DNA of 64,000 bases from Candidatus Latescibacterota bacterium (GCA_965248265.1 CBDFJF010000002.1:352001-416000), one strand, 5' to 3'; counted from the stretch's first letter, positions 28,960 to 39,216 are shown. Numbers and translations are program-made. The notes: generated by a model from the letters alone, not told the origin.

Positions 28960-30027
28960 ATGAAACTCGGGATGTTCATGATGCCGGTGCACCCGCCGGA
29001 CAAGGACAGGACGAAAACCTTCGAAGAGGACACGGCCGCCATTCTGCTGGCGGAGGAGCTCGGGTTCACGGAAGCATGGATCGGGCAGCACCACACGGCA
29101 GCATGGGAGCCCGTTCCGTCGAACGACCTGTTTATCGCCAGTCTAATCCCGCAGACGACGAGCATTCGTCTGGGCACGGGCGTGTCGATTCTACCGCAAC
29201 ACCACCCGGCCAACATCGCGACAAGGCTGGCCTACCTCGACCATCTTTCTCGTGGCCGTCTCAACGTGGGCTTCGGTCAGGGTGGGGTGCCCACGGACTG
29301 GGGTCTGTTCGATCTGCCCGATCCCAAGACGCAGGGTTTGATGACACTGGAAGCCATCGACTTGATCATGTACCTGTGGCAAACGGAAGCCCCGTTCGAT
29401 TTCAAAGGAGAGTTTTGGCGTTCGAGGATCGAAGAGCCTGTTCCAGAGCTGGGTCTGGGAGAGCTACTCAGGCCGTTTCAACAGCCGCATCCGCCGATCG
29501 CCATGAGTATCGTCAAGGGGGAGTCGATGGCCGCCCACATGGCGGGAGAGAGGGGCTACATGCCGGTCAGCACTAACATCGTCCCCGGTGTCATGGTAAA
29601 ACGCCAATGGGAGGTGTATGGCGAAGGGGCGGAAAAGGCAGGCAAAGCGGCCGATCCCGCCAACTGGCGTGTATCGCGCAGCATCTACGTCGGGGAGTCT
29701 GATGCGGAGGCGCGTGAGTTTTGCCTGCAGGGGGCGTTCGCGGCTTCGCTGATGTACCTGCGCGGCATGGTGAACATAGCCGGAATACTCGAAATCATGA
29801 AAATGGATCCCAATATGTCCGACGAGGCGATCACGCCCGAATACGTCATCGACCAGATCGCCATCGTCGGTAGTCCGGACACGGTCGCGGCCAAGCTGAA
29901 CGAGTTGTATGAAATGACGGGCGGCTTTGGAACCACAGTGATGATGGCCCACGACTGGGACGACGAACCCAGGATGCGCCGGTCGATGGAGCTGATGGCG
30001 AAAGAGGTTATCCCGCAGCTGCCGTGA
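28960..30027 (+). CDS. LLM-class flavin-dependent monooxygenase (luciferase-like)
   Basis: MKLGMFMMPVHPP, EAWIGQHH, IRLGTGV, LDHLSRGRL, PFQQPHPP and AKEVIP. Confidence 0.92.
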   Translation: MKLGMFMMPVHPPDKDRTKTFEEDTAAILLAEELGFTEAWIGQHHTAAWEPVPSNDLFIASLIPQTTSIRLGTGVSILPQHHPANIATRLAYLDHLSRGRLNVGFGQGGVPTDWGLFDLPDPKTQGLMTLEAIDLIMYLWQTEAPFDFKGEFWRSRIEEPVPELGLGELLRPFQQPHPPIAMSIVKGESMAAHMAGERGYMPVSTNIVPGVMVKRQWEVYGEGAEKAGKAADPANWRVSRSIYVGESDAEAREFCLQGAFAASLMYLRGMVNIAGILEIMKMDPNMSDEAITPEYVIDQIAIVGSPDTVAAKLNELYEMTGGFGTTVMMAHDWDDEPRMRRSMELMAKEVIPQLP

Positions 30028-30049
30028 GGGCAGTCGGTGGAGGTCTCGC

Positions 30050-31865
30050 TCAGCGGACGAGGAGCAGTTTCCTCAGCATCTGCCGTCCATCTGTACTGAG
30101 ACGGTAGAGGTACACGCCACTGGCCAGCGCCCGGTCATCATCGCCGCGTCCGTCCCAGCGCATGACGTAGCTGCCAGCCAGGTGTTCCCCGTTGACGAGC
30201 GTGGCCAATCGTTGTCCGGCCGTACTGTAGATTCCCAGATCGACGGTGCCAGGCTTCGCGAGCGCAAAGCGGATGACCGTTTCGCTGTTGAATGGGTTGG
30301 GGAAGTTCTGCGCCAGCTCGGACCGTTCTGGTAGGCCGACTCGATCCTCTTCGCCTACCGCCGTCTGCTGGTCAAGTTGAACCTCCAGCATTCCGTTGAG
30401 TGGATAGACCGCTCCGTCGTCGTCTTCCACCCACGCATGCAGCGGGTAGGTACCGGTCTCCAAATTCTCTGGTACCGGGAACGATCCGGAGAATACCCCG
30501 TCTCCGCTCTCCGCACCCCCTTCCGATTCATCGTCGTGCAGCTCGACGATGAATCGGTTCCCCTGGTAGATCTACTGACACGGCGACACGGCTTACCAAC
30601 TGATCGGTCCGATGCGGCAGGGGTTCTGTCCACACTTCGATCCGGGCGGTGCCACCGGCGAATACCGGCGACACCGGGGCGACATTTCTGACAGCAAAGG
30701 CGGGTTGGTCGAAGCGAAAGGCGCGCAGTCCAAGCCTGCTGTCCGCGACGTAGACGTGACCATCAGAGTGAGGGTGGGCTCCCCAGGCAAGGGTGCTGGG
30801 GTGATGGGCGACCTCGACCGGATTTTCCGGAAGCGAAATGTCGAACACACGCAGACCGGCATCGTAGTATGCCCAATACAACCAGTCGCCGAGGACGAAG
30901 GGGTTGTGAGGACCGATGGCCGGGCTCTGGAGTGGGACATCGGCCCGGAATGAGCGGACGACTTCAGGGGCAGTTGGATCGGCAGCATCGACTATATGAA
31001 GGAGACGTTGAGCCCCTCCAAATTCCTGGTTGCAGTAGACGTAGCCGTTGTGAGCCCAGGCGCTGTGGATGCCTTCGGTAAAGTGGACGGAAGACAGCGT
31101 CACCGGGTTGTCTGGGTCGGCCAGATCCAGCAACACCAGGCCACTGAACAAATCGCTGACATAGGCAATGCCGTCGTCGACGAAGACATCGTGGATTCGG
31201 TCGCTGAAAATCGACCGCTCATTCGTCCAGTTGCCCGAGATCGTCGGTTGAGACGGGTCCGTCAGATCCACAATGACGACCCCCCTGACTCGTTCATTGC
31301 TTCCGATGGGTGCCAGGTAGGCTCTGTCGTTTGCGAGGAACAGGTTGTGGATGCCCCGCCAATCCGGGTCGGACAACTCGCCGACAACCTGGGGGTTAGT
31401 GGGGTCTGAAACGTCGACGATGAGAAGACCAAATTCGGATCCCGATTTCTGCACTCCCACAACGGCCAGATCGTCATCGACCTTGACATCGACGGCAGGA
31501 CCTGACGTGGGGAGCCGCGCAACCAACTTCAGTTGATCTGGTCGTGAGATGTCGACGATGTGGAGGGCATTGGCGAAAGAGCCGACGTAGGCGTGATCAC
31601 CGCTGACGAACAAATCGGAGATGGCCAGTACGCCCACCGGAGTTTGAACCTGGGTCTCCAACTGGCCATCATCGGTGAGTTTCAGTTCATCGACCAGTTC
31701 GAGGTTGAGTGGATCGAACACCAGAGGAGATTCCGACAGATGGTCAGCGATGTACTGCAGTTTGTCTCCATCCTCGTGGGCAGGCGCCGCCTCGAGCCAC
31801 GATGGAGTTGCCACGATCGTCAGAGGCAGGGATGCTGCCAGATAGAAACGAGAAATCTTGTTCAT
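30050..31865 (-). pseudogene. Secreted LVIVD-repeat protein with choice-of-anchor-X-like segment and FlgD-Ig/secretion C-terminal domain; frameshift near 30545-30572
   Basis: Signal peptide and LVIVD repeats (IVDISRP, IVDVSDP, IVDLTDP, VFDISLP). The downstream frame gives VELHDD…GDGVFSGSF, then QNFPNPFNSET…ASGVYLYRL. Confidence 0.8.
30523..30557. repeat. Perfect 14-bp inverted repeat with 7-nt spacer
   Basis: CCGATTCATCGTCG (30523-30536) and CGACGATGAATCGG (30544-30557). Confidence 0.9.
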
Positions 31866-31991
31866 CAGCTTTCACCCAAAGCCCTTCGCACCGTGCAAAT
31901 CTATTGACGCCAACCGGGATACGCGGGTTCCGTTCACAGCTGTGCCCGGATCAATCGCTGCTACGATGAGGCCAACCGCGCGGGTTGAATC

Positions 31992-32741
31992 TCAGTGTTG
32001 CCGCACCCAGCTGGCGAAGTACTCGGGAGCCCATCTCCGCGCCAGGAAGTAAGAGCGCGTTGAGTGCTGGCTGTGGGGAGGACGAACCTCGGCATCGATC
32101 CAGGCTTCGGCGCCGGCTACTTCCGGAAACTCCAGTACCCAGACAAGATGCCAGTTGTTCTGCGGGCCAATCAGTTTGAAAGCCTCATACCGCATCAAGC
32201 CGTGCTCGCCAGCGACGGAGCGCATACGTGCAGTCCGCTCGGAGTCACCGCGCTCCTCGGGCGAGGCCTGATCCGACTCGGGGCGCCAACGTCCGAACAC
32301 GAGCAGGATCACGCTATCGCTTTTGGCGCTCAGGTTGGGAATCGATCTGGGGTCCTTGTGGCGCTGCGGTACCATGGCCGCCGGATTCTCTACCCATTCA
32401 CTGAAGAAATCCGGCCGCCACCGCTTGGACATGTAGTACTCGTAGAATCCGTAACGGCCGTAAGGCGGTGCCATCTCCGCTTCTATCCAGGCTTGTGCTC
32501 CACCAACCTTAGGGAATTCGATGGTCCAGAAGCGCTCCCAGTTCTGCTGTGGGGTCATCAACCGGAAGCCCTCCACAAGCATGAGATTGTGCTCGTCGGC
32601 GATCGACAGCATGAGTTCCACATGCTCGTCCTGATACGTCGACTGATCTTCCGGGCTCAGAGCATCCCACGAGGGCAGGCGGCCCCCTTTGTAGAGGACG
32701 ACGACCCCGTCTTCGTTGTCTGTCTTGTGGTCGATGGGCAT
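31992..32741 (-). CDS. Hypothetical protein with an internal domain duplication (dimeric alpha/beta-barrel-like)
   Basis: Two homologous halves: [33 protein letters not shown] and [33 protein letters not shown]. Confidence 0.75.
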   Translation of the reverse strand: MPIDHKTDNEDGVVVLYKGGRLPSWDALSPEDQSTYQDEHVELMLSIADEHNLMLVEGFRLMTPQQNWERFWTIEFPKVGGAQAWIEAEMAPPYGRYGFYEYYMSKRWRPDFFSEWVENPAAMVPQRHKDPRSIPNLSAKSDSVILLVFGRWRPESDQASPEERGDSERTARMRSVAGEHGLMRYEAFKLIGPQNNWHLVWVLEFPEVAGAEAWIDAEVRPPHSQHSTRSYFLARRWAPEYFASWVRQH

Positions 32742-32804
32742 GGCGCTAACTTAACGCAAGACATGACGCGATCTCAAGCATCCCTGAAACGGGCACAGGT
32801 TACG

Positions 32805-33212
32805 ATGGCAGAACGGATAGACAAAACCGAAGAGGAGTGGCGGCAACAACTCACGCCCGACCAGTACGAAGTCCTGCGCAACAAGGGCACGGAGCGGGCT
32901 TTCACTGGCAAGTATGACGGCTTCAAGGGCAGCGGCAAGTTCGTGTGCGCGGGGTGTGGGGCCGAGTTGTTCAGCTCCGAATCCAAGTTCGACTCGGGTT
33001 CGGGGTGGCCCAGTTTCTGGCAGCCAATCGCCGACAACCAGGTGGCAGAAGAGCGTGACACCAGCCACGGCATGGAACGGACGGAAGCCCTCTGCAACCG
33101 TTGTGGTGGCCACCTGGGTCACGTGTTCCCTGATGGCCCCGAGCCGACCGGTCTGCGCTATTGCATCAATTCGCTGTCACTCGATTTCGCTGAGGGCGAA
33201 GGCGACGAATAA
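32805..33212 (+). CDS. msrB: Peptide-methionine (R)-S-oxide reductase
   Basis: [35 protein letters not shown] and RYCINS; ATG at 32805. Confidence 0.97.
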   Translation: MAERIDKTEEEWRQQLTPDQYEVLRNKGTERAFTGKYDGFKGSGKFVCAGCGAELFSSESKFDSGSGWPSFWQPIADNQVAEERDTSHGMERTEALCNRCGGHLGHVFPDGPEPTGLRYCINSLSLDFAEGEGDE

Positions 33213-33277
33213 GCCACTACTTCTACCTGCCACTGCACCAGCGGGGCCGCCGACTCCGACCCGGCTGGGATTACTGA

Positions 33278-34429
33278 CTACCGGGCCGAGAACCGGTATT
33301 CGGTGATCTGCCGATAGGTTTCACCCGGCCGCAGCACGACGGACGGGAAGTGCGGTTTATTGATGGCGTCGGGGAAGTGCTGGGTCTCGAGGCAGAACCC
33401 CTCGAATTGACTGTAGCCATCGCCGCCCCCCTTGCTCCTGTCCGTGTCCAGAAATCCCGACGTGTAAAGTTGTACTCCTGGCTCCGTCGTCAGCGCCTGC
33501 AGGACGCGGCCGCTGGCCGGATCGTAGACCTCGGCGAACAATACCGGCTCACTCCTGCTCTCGCCAGCCAACACGAAGTTGTGGTCATAGCCGAACTCGA
33601 GTTCATCGATGCGATCCCCGATCCGGGTCGGCTGCCTGAAATCGAGGGGCGTTCCCGTCAATGACAGGACCTGACCGGTCGGGATACCGTCCTCACCGCG
33701 CTCGGTAGCGTAGTCGGCGTCGATCCTAACCACGTGGTCGAGAATCTTGCCGGCGTCATGTCCGGACAGGTTGAAGTAGGCGTGGTTGGTGACGTTGAGG
33801 GGGGTAGGCTTGTCGGTGGTGGCTTCGTACTCAATGCGGAGACCGTTTTCCTCCGTGAGCACGTAGATCACGCTGATGGTCAGATTACCGGGGTACCCCT
33901 CTTCGCCATCGACGCTGAGGTAGTCGAAGCGCACGGCCTGGCCATCTTCGTGAGCGATCACCCGGGCATTCCAGAATTTGTGCGTGAAACCGGAGATTCC
34001 CCCGTGAAGGTGGTGATGCGTGGCGAAATTCTTGGCCACTTCGTAGGAGATTCCGTCGACGGCGAAACGAGCGTTCGAGATGCGGTTGGCGACGCGGCCG
34101 ACGATGCAGCCCATGTAGGCGGTGTTTTCGGTGTAATCGGCGACGGAATCGTACCCGAGGAGAACATCACCGAGGTTGCCGTCGCGGTCGCGCACGTGCA
34201 TTTCAGTCACAGCGGCGCCGACATTGGTCAGTCTCACGATGGTGCCGTGTGAGTTGGCCAGCGTGTAGCGATCGGCAACCTGGCCGTCTGTGCCGGTACC
34301 GAACGATTCGCGATGGACTTCAGTCACTTCGGGCTCTCCTGCGGTTGTGGGGAGGACGGTCAGAGTGAAGGAAGCGCACAAGAAGGCGGCTGCCAGCGTG
34401 AAGGAAGAGGCGATTGTCGTTCTCGTCAT
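33278..34429 (-). CDS. galM: Aldose 1-epimerase (galactose mutarotase) with N-terminal signal peptide
   Basis: GRVANRI, HLHGG, GEEGYPG, NVTNHAYFNL, GYDHNF and FCLETQHFPD. Confidence 0.93.
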   Translation of the reverse strand: MTRTTIASSFTLAAAFLCASFTLTVLPTTAGEPEVTEVHRESFGTGTDGQVADRYTLANSHGTIVRLTNVGAAVTEMHVRDRDGNLGDVLLGYDSVADYTENTAYMGCIVGRVANRISNARFAVDGISYEVAKNFATHHHLHGGISGFTHKFWNARVIAHEDGQAVRFDYLSVDGEEGYPGNLTISVIYVLTEENGLRIEYEATTDKPTPLNVTNHAYFNLSGHDAGKILDHVVRIDADYATERGEDGIPTGQVLSLTGTPLDFRQPTRIGDRIDELEFGYDHNFVLAGESRSEPVLFAEVYDPASGRVLQALTTEPGVQLYTSGFLDTDRSKGGGDGYSQFEGFCLETQHFPDAINKPHFPSVVLRPGETYRQITEYRFSAR

Positions 34430-34850
34430 GGCACAGAGATTATTTGGGGTCAGCTTCGTCAGGTACGGGTCGTAGGATACACCAGACGAATAGCTGCATC
34501 AAGACAAGCTACTCCCTCAAGGCTTCAATCCACCGTGGGATCTGGGAACAGGCGTTTTTGCCGATCGAGCGCGGCCGGCGCGACATAGGCAAGGTCAACG
34601 TGGACGACGGCCTGTTCGCCCCGCTATCCGAAGGGATTAGCAGCCCCCACCTCTGGTTGCGCGGCTCCGGAGCCACTGTGTGTCGTCCCTCGGGAAGGGA
34701 CTGAAGAAGTAACTCACGGTATCTCAGGGATCTCCCGACATATCGGGTCGACGGCTGCTTCCACCGGAGTGCCATTTACCGCCTGTCATACGTTCGTAAC
34801 TAGTTAATAACTATCCAGTTACGATCGCTATCGTGAAGCTGTATGGGAAC

Positions 34851-34865
34851 TGGCATGGCTTTTGA
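34851..34865 (+). promoter_or_regulatory. Weak sigma54-like promoter
   Basis: TGGCATGGCTTTTGA: the -24 element matches, but the -12 reads TTGA rather than TTGC. Confidence 0.3.
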
Positions 34866-34916
34866 TACCAAGGGGTCAGAGCCATTGATCCACACACCGC
34901 ACCAGGTAGTGAATCC

Positions 34917-34994
34917 ATGCTACGAATCACCAGAAAGGATGTTGGCAGTGGCGGTGCAGCCCTCAAGCTGGAAGGCCGCCTGGTCGGACCCTGA
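34917..34994 (+). pseudogene. Truncated remnant of a small STAS-like protein (MLRIT…LKLEGRLVGP*)
   Basis: The 25-aa ORF matches my recollection of a small STAS-like family (MLRIT…LEGRL.GPWV). TGA falls where Trp is expected. Confidence 0.5.
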
Positions 34995-35038
34995 GACACC
35001 CCCCTGACAATCAAGCCTGGATGAAATGGAGGAACACA

Positions 35039-36322
35039 ATGGATACCCGATTAGCCCTAGCAATCGCTCTGGCTTCCACAGCACTCATTGCCTGTAGTGG
35101 AGGCAGTGACAAGACACCCGTCGGCTCTGTCGTCACAGACGATCAGCCGCCACTGTCGGACGAGACTCCAATCGGATCAAAACCCGGTGATGCTTCTGCA
35201 GATCAGAGTGATGTGCCGAACGCAGATGAACAGCCTGCGCCACCGGCCACCGATGTCGAAACGGACATCGGTACAGAGATTTCACTGTCTCCCTACGGAG
35301 CGAATTCACCCCTTCAGGGAAGCACGCTGGACCTTGATACCTTCCCGATCTCGGGAATCGTTTCCGGGGGCGTTCCAAAGGACGGCATTCCGGCGCTGAC
35401 CAATCCAGCGTTCGTCGGACCCGATGAGATCTCCTTCATGGCTGAAGACGATCTCGTCCTTGGACTGGTCGTGGGCGGAATCGCCCGGGCGTATCCGGAA
35501 AACATCGGTTGGTGGCATGAGATCGTGAACGACGAAATCGGCGGTCACTCGATCTCGGTGACTTTCTGTCCCCTGACCGGAACCGGCCTGGTGTTCGAGG
35601 CGGCTGACGGTGGTCAACTGGAGTTGGGTGTCTCCGGCCGTCTGTTCAACAACAACCTGGTCATGTACGATCGTCGCGACGGCGAGACTCTGTACCCCCA
35701 GATCTACTTCACCGGTGTCAGCGGCAGTCGTATGGGCGAGTCCTTGACCCTCCTGCCTGTCGTCGAAACAACCTGGCGGACCTGGAAACGACTGCATCCC
35801 GATACCGATGTAGTCGAAGGCGTCTTTGACGAGTCGCGCTACACGCGGTACCCGTACCGCAACTACCGCACCGATGACGACCACCTGATTTTTCCACTGA
35901 ATCCCCGCATCGTCGAGAATCTCAACCCTTACGCCGACGACTACGGAAGAAAGGACTCGATGCTGGGCGTGCGGTTGAATGGAGACCCCAGGGCATACCT
36001 GTTCGAGAAAATGGGTCAGCAGGCCGTCATCAACGACCAACTCGGTGGCGTCGATATCCTTGTGGTCTGGGACCAGCATAGTCATCTGGCCTTGCCGTAT
36101 GCCCGCGAGGTGGATGGACAGAGTTTGACCTTCGCGATCGAGGATGATGGGGGATTCCCATTCTCCCTCGTGGATGAACAGACGGGGAGTGTATGGGATA
36201 TTCATGGTAGGGCGATCGAGGGGCCCATGGCCGGTGCGCGTCTGACGCAGGTTCCGGCGCACAACAGCTTCTGGTTTGCGTGGGTGACCTTCTGGCAGGA
36301 CACGGACATGTGGACGCCGTAG
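35039..36322 (+). CDS. DUF3179-domain lipoprotein
   Basis: Lipobox LIAC, GGVPKDGIPAL, HEIVND, TFCPLTGTG, GVSGRLFNNNLVMYDR and FWFAW; GGAGG RBS. Confidence 0.88.
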   Translation: MDTRLALAIALASTALIACSGGSDKTPVGSVVTDDQPPLSDETPIGSKPGDASADQSDVPNADEQPAPPATDVETDIGTEISLSPYGANSPLQGSTLDLDTFPISGIVSGGVPKDGIPALTNPAFVGPDEISFMAEDDLVLGLVVGGIARAYPENIGWWHEIVNDEIGGHSISVTFCPLTGTGLVFEAADGGQLELGVSGRLFNNNLVMYDRRDGETLYPQIYFTGVSGSRMGESLTLLPVVETTWRTWKRLHPDTDVVEGVFDESRYTRYPYRNYRTDDDHLIFPLNPRIVENLNPYADDYGRKDSMLGVRLNGDPRAYLFEKMGQQAVINDQLGGVDILVVWDQHSHLALPYAREVDGQSLTFAIEDDGGFPFSLVDEQTGSVWDIHGRAIEGPMAGARLTQVPAHNSFWFAWVTFWQDTDMWTP

Positions 36323-36464
36323 TTCGCTCACACCATTGAGCAACCGCATCCAAAATCAATCCATCACCCGGGCGTTGCTCCATGTGGAGCAACGCCCGAT
36401 GTTTTTGCGCGATTCATGCGTCAACGCTACGGGTGCTCACCCAGAGAAACCAGGACTCCCAATT

Positions 36465-37733
36465 TTGTCGTCATCGAAGCAACAGGCATTCGCCGATCTG
36501 GCCGTCAATGGTGGTCCCAAAGTCAGACAGCAGCCGTGGCCTGAGCGAGCTCTGATCGGCGATGAAGAGAAGGTCGCCGTGAATGAGCTTCTGGACGAAG
36601 TCGTGCGCAGCGGCGCGGCACCCTGGTACGATGGTCCAGTCGAAGAAGCCTATTGTCGAGAATTTGCCGAGTTCATGGGTGGGGGTTACGTCGACGCGGT
36701 CAATTCGGGCACCTCAGCCATCTACGTGGCGTTGCGGGCACTGGAGCTGGAATCGTTCACGGAGGTCATCGTCGGTCCCATCACCGACACCGGCGGAATC
36801 ATGCCGGTACCTCTATTGAACTGTATTCCCATTATCGCCGATTCTGCACCCGGTTCGTTCAACGTGGGTCCAGGCCAGATCGAGGAGTGCATCACTCCAT
36901 TGACGCGGGCGATCATCGTCGCTCACATCATGGGCGAGCCCGCCGACATGCCCGGCATCATGCAAGTGGCCGAGCGGCATGGCATACCCATCATAGAGGA
37001 TTGCGCCCAGGCACATTGCGCGCGCATCGATGAGCGACAGGTGGGTAGCTTCGGCAACATGGCCGCGTTCTCGACCATGGGCGGAAAACACCACTGCACC
37101 GGGGCCCAGGGTGGTGTCGTTTTCACCGCAGATGAGGATCTTTACTGGCGCTCTCGCCAGGCTTCGGACAGGGGGAAGCCGTTCGGTCTCAAGAGCGGGT
37201 CTACGAACTGCATCGCCGCCTTCAACTTCAACCTGAATGACTTTGCGGCCGCGATTGGCAGGGTCCAGCTCGCCAAGCTGCCCGGTATCGTCGCCCGTCG
37301 CAGGAGTGTGGTCGCCGACCTCAGCCAACGCTTCGCGGATCTGCGTTCCGTCGTTATCCCAGAACAGATCGCAGGGGCGGAGACCTCGTACTGGTTCTGG
37401 CGTCTGGGTTTGTCCGAGAAGGATCTCGCCTGCGACAAGATGACCTATTGCCGGGCGCTGCAGGAAGAAGGGTTGCTCCTGCGGCCGCAGTACGGCTTTC
37501 TGCCGCACACCTTCGAGTGGTTCACCGAGCGCCGTGTGTTCGGCACGAGCGGGTATCCCTGGACCGCACCCGAATACCAAGGTGACCGAGAGCGTACCTT
37601 TACCTGCCCGAACGCGAAGGAGGCGGATTCGCGGCATTTTCTGCTGACGGTTCTCGAAAGCTGGGGGCAAGAGGAAGTCGACGACATCGCCGCTGCATTC
37701 GAGAAGGTAGAACGCGCATATTTAAAATCATGA
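36465..37733 (+). CDS. DegT/DnrJ/EryC1/StrS family PLP aminotransferase
   Basis: LAVNGGPK, NSGTSA, IIEDCAQAH and FSTMGGKH (Schiff-base Lys region); start uncertain. Confidence 0.9.
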   Translation: MSSSKQQAFADLAVNGGPKVRQQPWPERALIGDEEKVAVNELLDEVVRSGAAPWYDGPVEEAYCREFAEFMGGGYVDAVNSGTSAIYVALRALELESFTEVIVGPITDTGGIMPVPLLNCIPIIADSAPGSFNVGPGQIEECITPLTRAIIVAHIMGEPADMPGIMQVAERHGIPIIEDCAQAHCARIDERQVGSFGNMAAFSTMGGKHHCTGAQGGVVFTADEDLYWRSRQASDRGKPFGLKSGSTNCIAAFNFNLNDFAAAIGRVQLAKLPGIVARRRSVVADLSQRFADLRSVVIPEQIAGAETSYWFWRLGLSEKDLACDKMTYCRALQEEGLLLRPQYGFLPHTFEWFTERRVFGTSGYPWTAPEYQGDRERTFTCPNAKEADSRHFLLTVLESWGQEEVDDIAAAFEKVERAYLKS

Positions 37734-37814
37734 GGAATCCAGTATGCCAGATCTGCTGCGGGTAGGGATCATAGGGTTGCGAGCCACTCGGTCGAGGACC
37801 AGCGCGTGTAGCGC

Positions 37815-38606
37815 ATGAAGATTCACGGACCCGTACTCAGCGAAGCGGAATTCGATCACTGGAAGGAACACGGCTATGTAAGGCTCGGTCATGTCGCACC
37901 AGCCGCCGACATTGAAGAGCTGTGCGAGCGCATCGATGCCATCATGCTTGGACAGATTTCGTACCCGAACATGATGATGCAACTGTGTCCGTCTGTCGGG
38001 GACCAGGAGAAGGCGCGCCAGACGAAGACCTTCAAGGGTTCGTCGCTGAAGTACCGGAAGATTGAGGCCCTGGAAAAGGACCCCCTATTCCTCGCCTACA
38101 TGCAGAATCCACTGTTCCGCGACATCACCGGCAAAATCCTCGGTGATCATGTCTCCTGCTTCCGCGCCATGTTCATGAACAAGCCGGCCGGGCAGGGCAT
38201 CCTGCTCAACTGGCACCAGGATGGCACCGGTCACTGGGGTTTGACGATTGCTCCTCAGGTCACCATCTGGACGGCCCTCGACGACACCAGCACCGCCAAC
38301 GGCTGTCTGCGTATCGTCCCGGGTTCACACAAATCCATGGTGACGGCGGGGCGTGACATCCTCAACGAGGAGGAGCTCGCCATCCACGCGCCCGTGGAGA
38401 AGCAGATGCCCCTGGAAATGGTCCGTGGCGAGGTCGTGCTGCTGCACAACTGGACCATCCACAGCTCCGAACCCAATCAGACGGATCGCCCCCGGCGTGC
38501 CTTCAGCACCTGCTACATCGACGCGGCGACGCGGCACAGGGACACCGGCGAAGCCTATCCGGAAATATTCCCGGCGTACCAGCCGGTGGTCGCAACCCGA
38601 GGTTGA
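37815..38606 (+). CDS. PhyH family Fe(II)/2OG dioxygenase
   Basis: EHGYVRL, MNKPA, WHQD, TIWTALDD…NGCLRIVPGSH, HSS.PN and RRA. Confidence 0.92.
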   Translation: MKIHGPVLSEAEFDHWKEHGYVRLGHVAPAADIEELCERIDAIMLGQISYPNMMMQLCPSVGDQEKARQTKTFKGSSLKYRKIEALEKDPLFLAYMQNPLFRDITGKILGDHVSCFRAMFMNKPAGQGILLNWHQDGTGHWGLTIAPQVTIWTALDDTSTANGCLRIVPGSHKSMVTAGRDILNEEELAIHAPVEKQMPLEMVRGEVVLLHNWTIHSSEPNQTDRPRRAFSTCYIDAATRHRDTGEAYPEIFPAYQPVVATRG

Positions 38607-38690
38607 CAGCCATCGCGGGTTATGATATCGACGAATTGGCGAGGGATTTCCGGGTCAATGGATTCGCCGTTTTCGAGGATTTCACTGTGC
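38603..38690 (+). pseudogene. N-terminal remnant of a further PhyH-like dioxygenase
   Basis: TTGA-coupled start. DELARDFRVNGFAVFEDF is the typical PhyH N-terminal motif, after which similarity is lost and the ORF runs into the convergent GNAT. Confidence 0.55.
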
Positions 38691-38730
38691 CAGACCACGC
38701 GCGTCATGTGTTGCGATGGCAGCGGGTCGG

Positions 38731-39216
38731 TCAGGGGTTGGACAGGTCCAGTCCGAGAATGAGAAAGTCTTCGCCAACTTCATAGTAGTCGCCGAGCCTG
38801 CCTTCTTCTCTGAAACCGAAGCGCTGGTATAATCGCACGGCGTTGCTGTACCCGGCATCCGAACTGGTATCGACGTAGAGTTTACGGATGTTGAGCCGCT
38901 GCACATTCTCGATGACGTGCTGCAACAACATCGTGGCCACTCCACGACCCCGCTGGGCCTCGTGCACGTAAAACCAGTTGAGCCACAGGATGCCAGGCCA
39001 GTCATACTTGTCGGGGTACCACCCGACGACGCCGGCGATTTCACCCGTGTCCCCGGCGACTGCGACTACATTATGCTCACGCGGCGATTGTTCACCAGAC
39101 TCGAAAAACTCGTGGTAGTAGCTGTCGGCCAGTCTGCCGTCTTCTTGTTCGTGTGAACGGATGATGGCGACGACGGTGTCGATGTCCGCGGTGGTCATTG
39201 TCCGAATCGAGAACAT
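38731..39216 (-). CDS. GNAT family N-acetyltransferase
   Basis: WFYVHEAQRGRGVA and AVRLYQRFGF..EG…DYY. Confidence 0.9.
   Translation of the reverse strand: MFSIRTMTTADIDTVVAIIRSHEQEDGRLADSYYHEFFESGEQSPREHNVVAVAGDTGEIAGVVGWYPDKYDWPGILWLNWFYVHEAQRGRGVATMLLQHVIENVQRLNIRKLYVDTSSDAGYSNAVRLYQRFGFREEGRLGDYYEVGEDFLILGLDLSNP

Noticed and set aside
32064-32804. Long N-terminal extension on msrB
   Set aside because: It overlaps the opposite-strand duplicated-domain gene; MsrB similarity starts at ATG 32805.
34992-34994. TGA as selenocysteine or Trp readthrough in the STAS-like mini-ORF
   Set aside because: The downstream frame (DTPLTIKPG*) does not continue the family pattern, and TGA is used as a normal stop throughout the window.
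35039-36322. Selenoprotein form of DUF3179 (or of MsrB)
   Set aside because: No in-frame TGA; the motifs read CPLT and RYCINS with ordinary codons.
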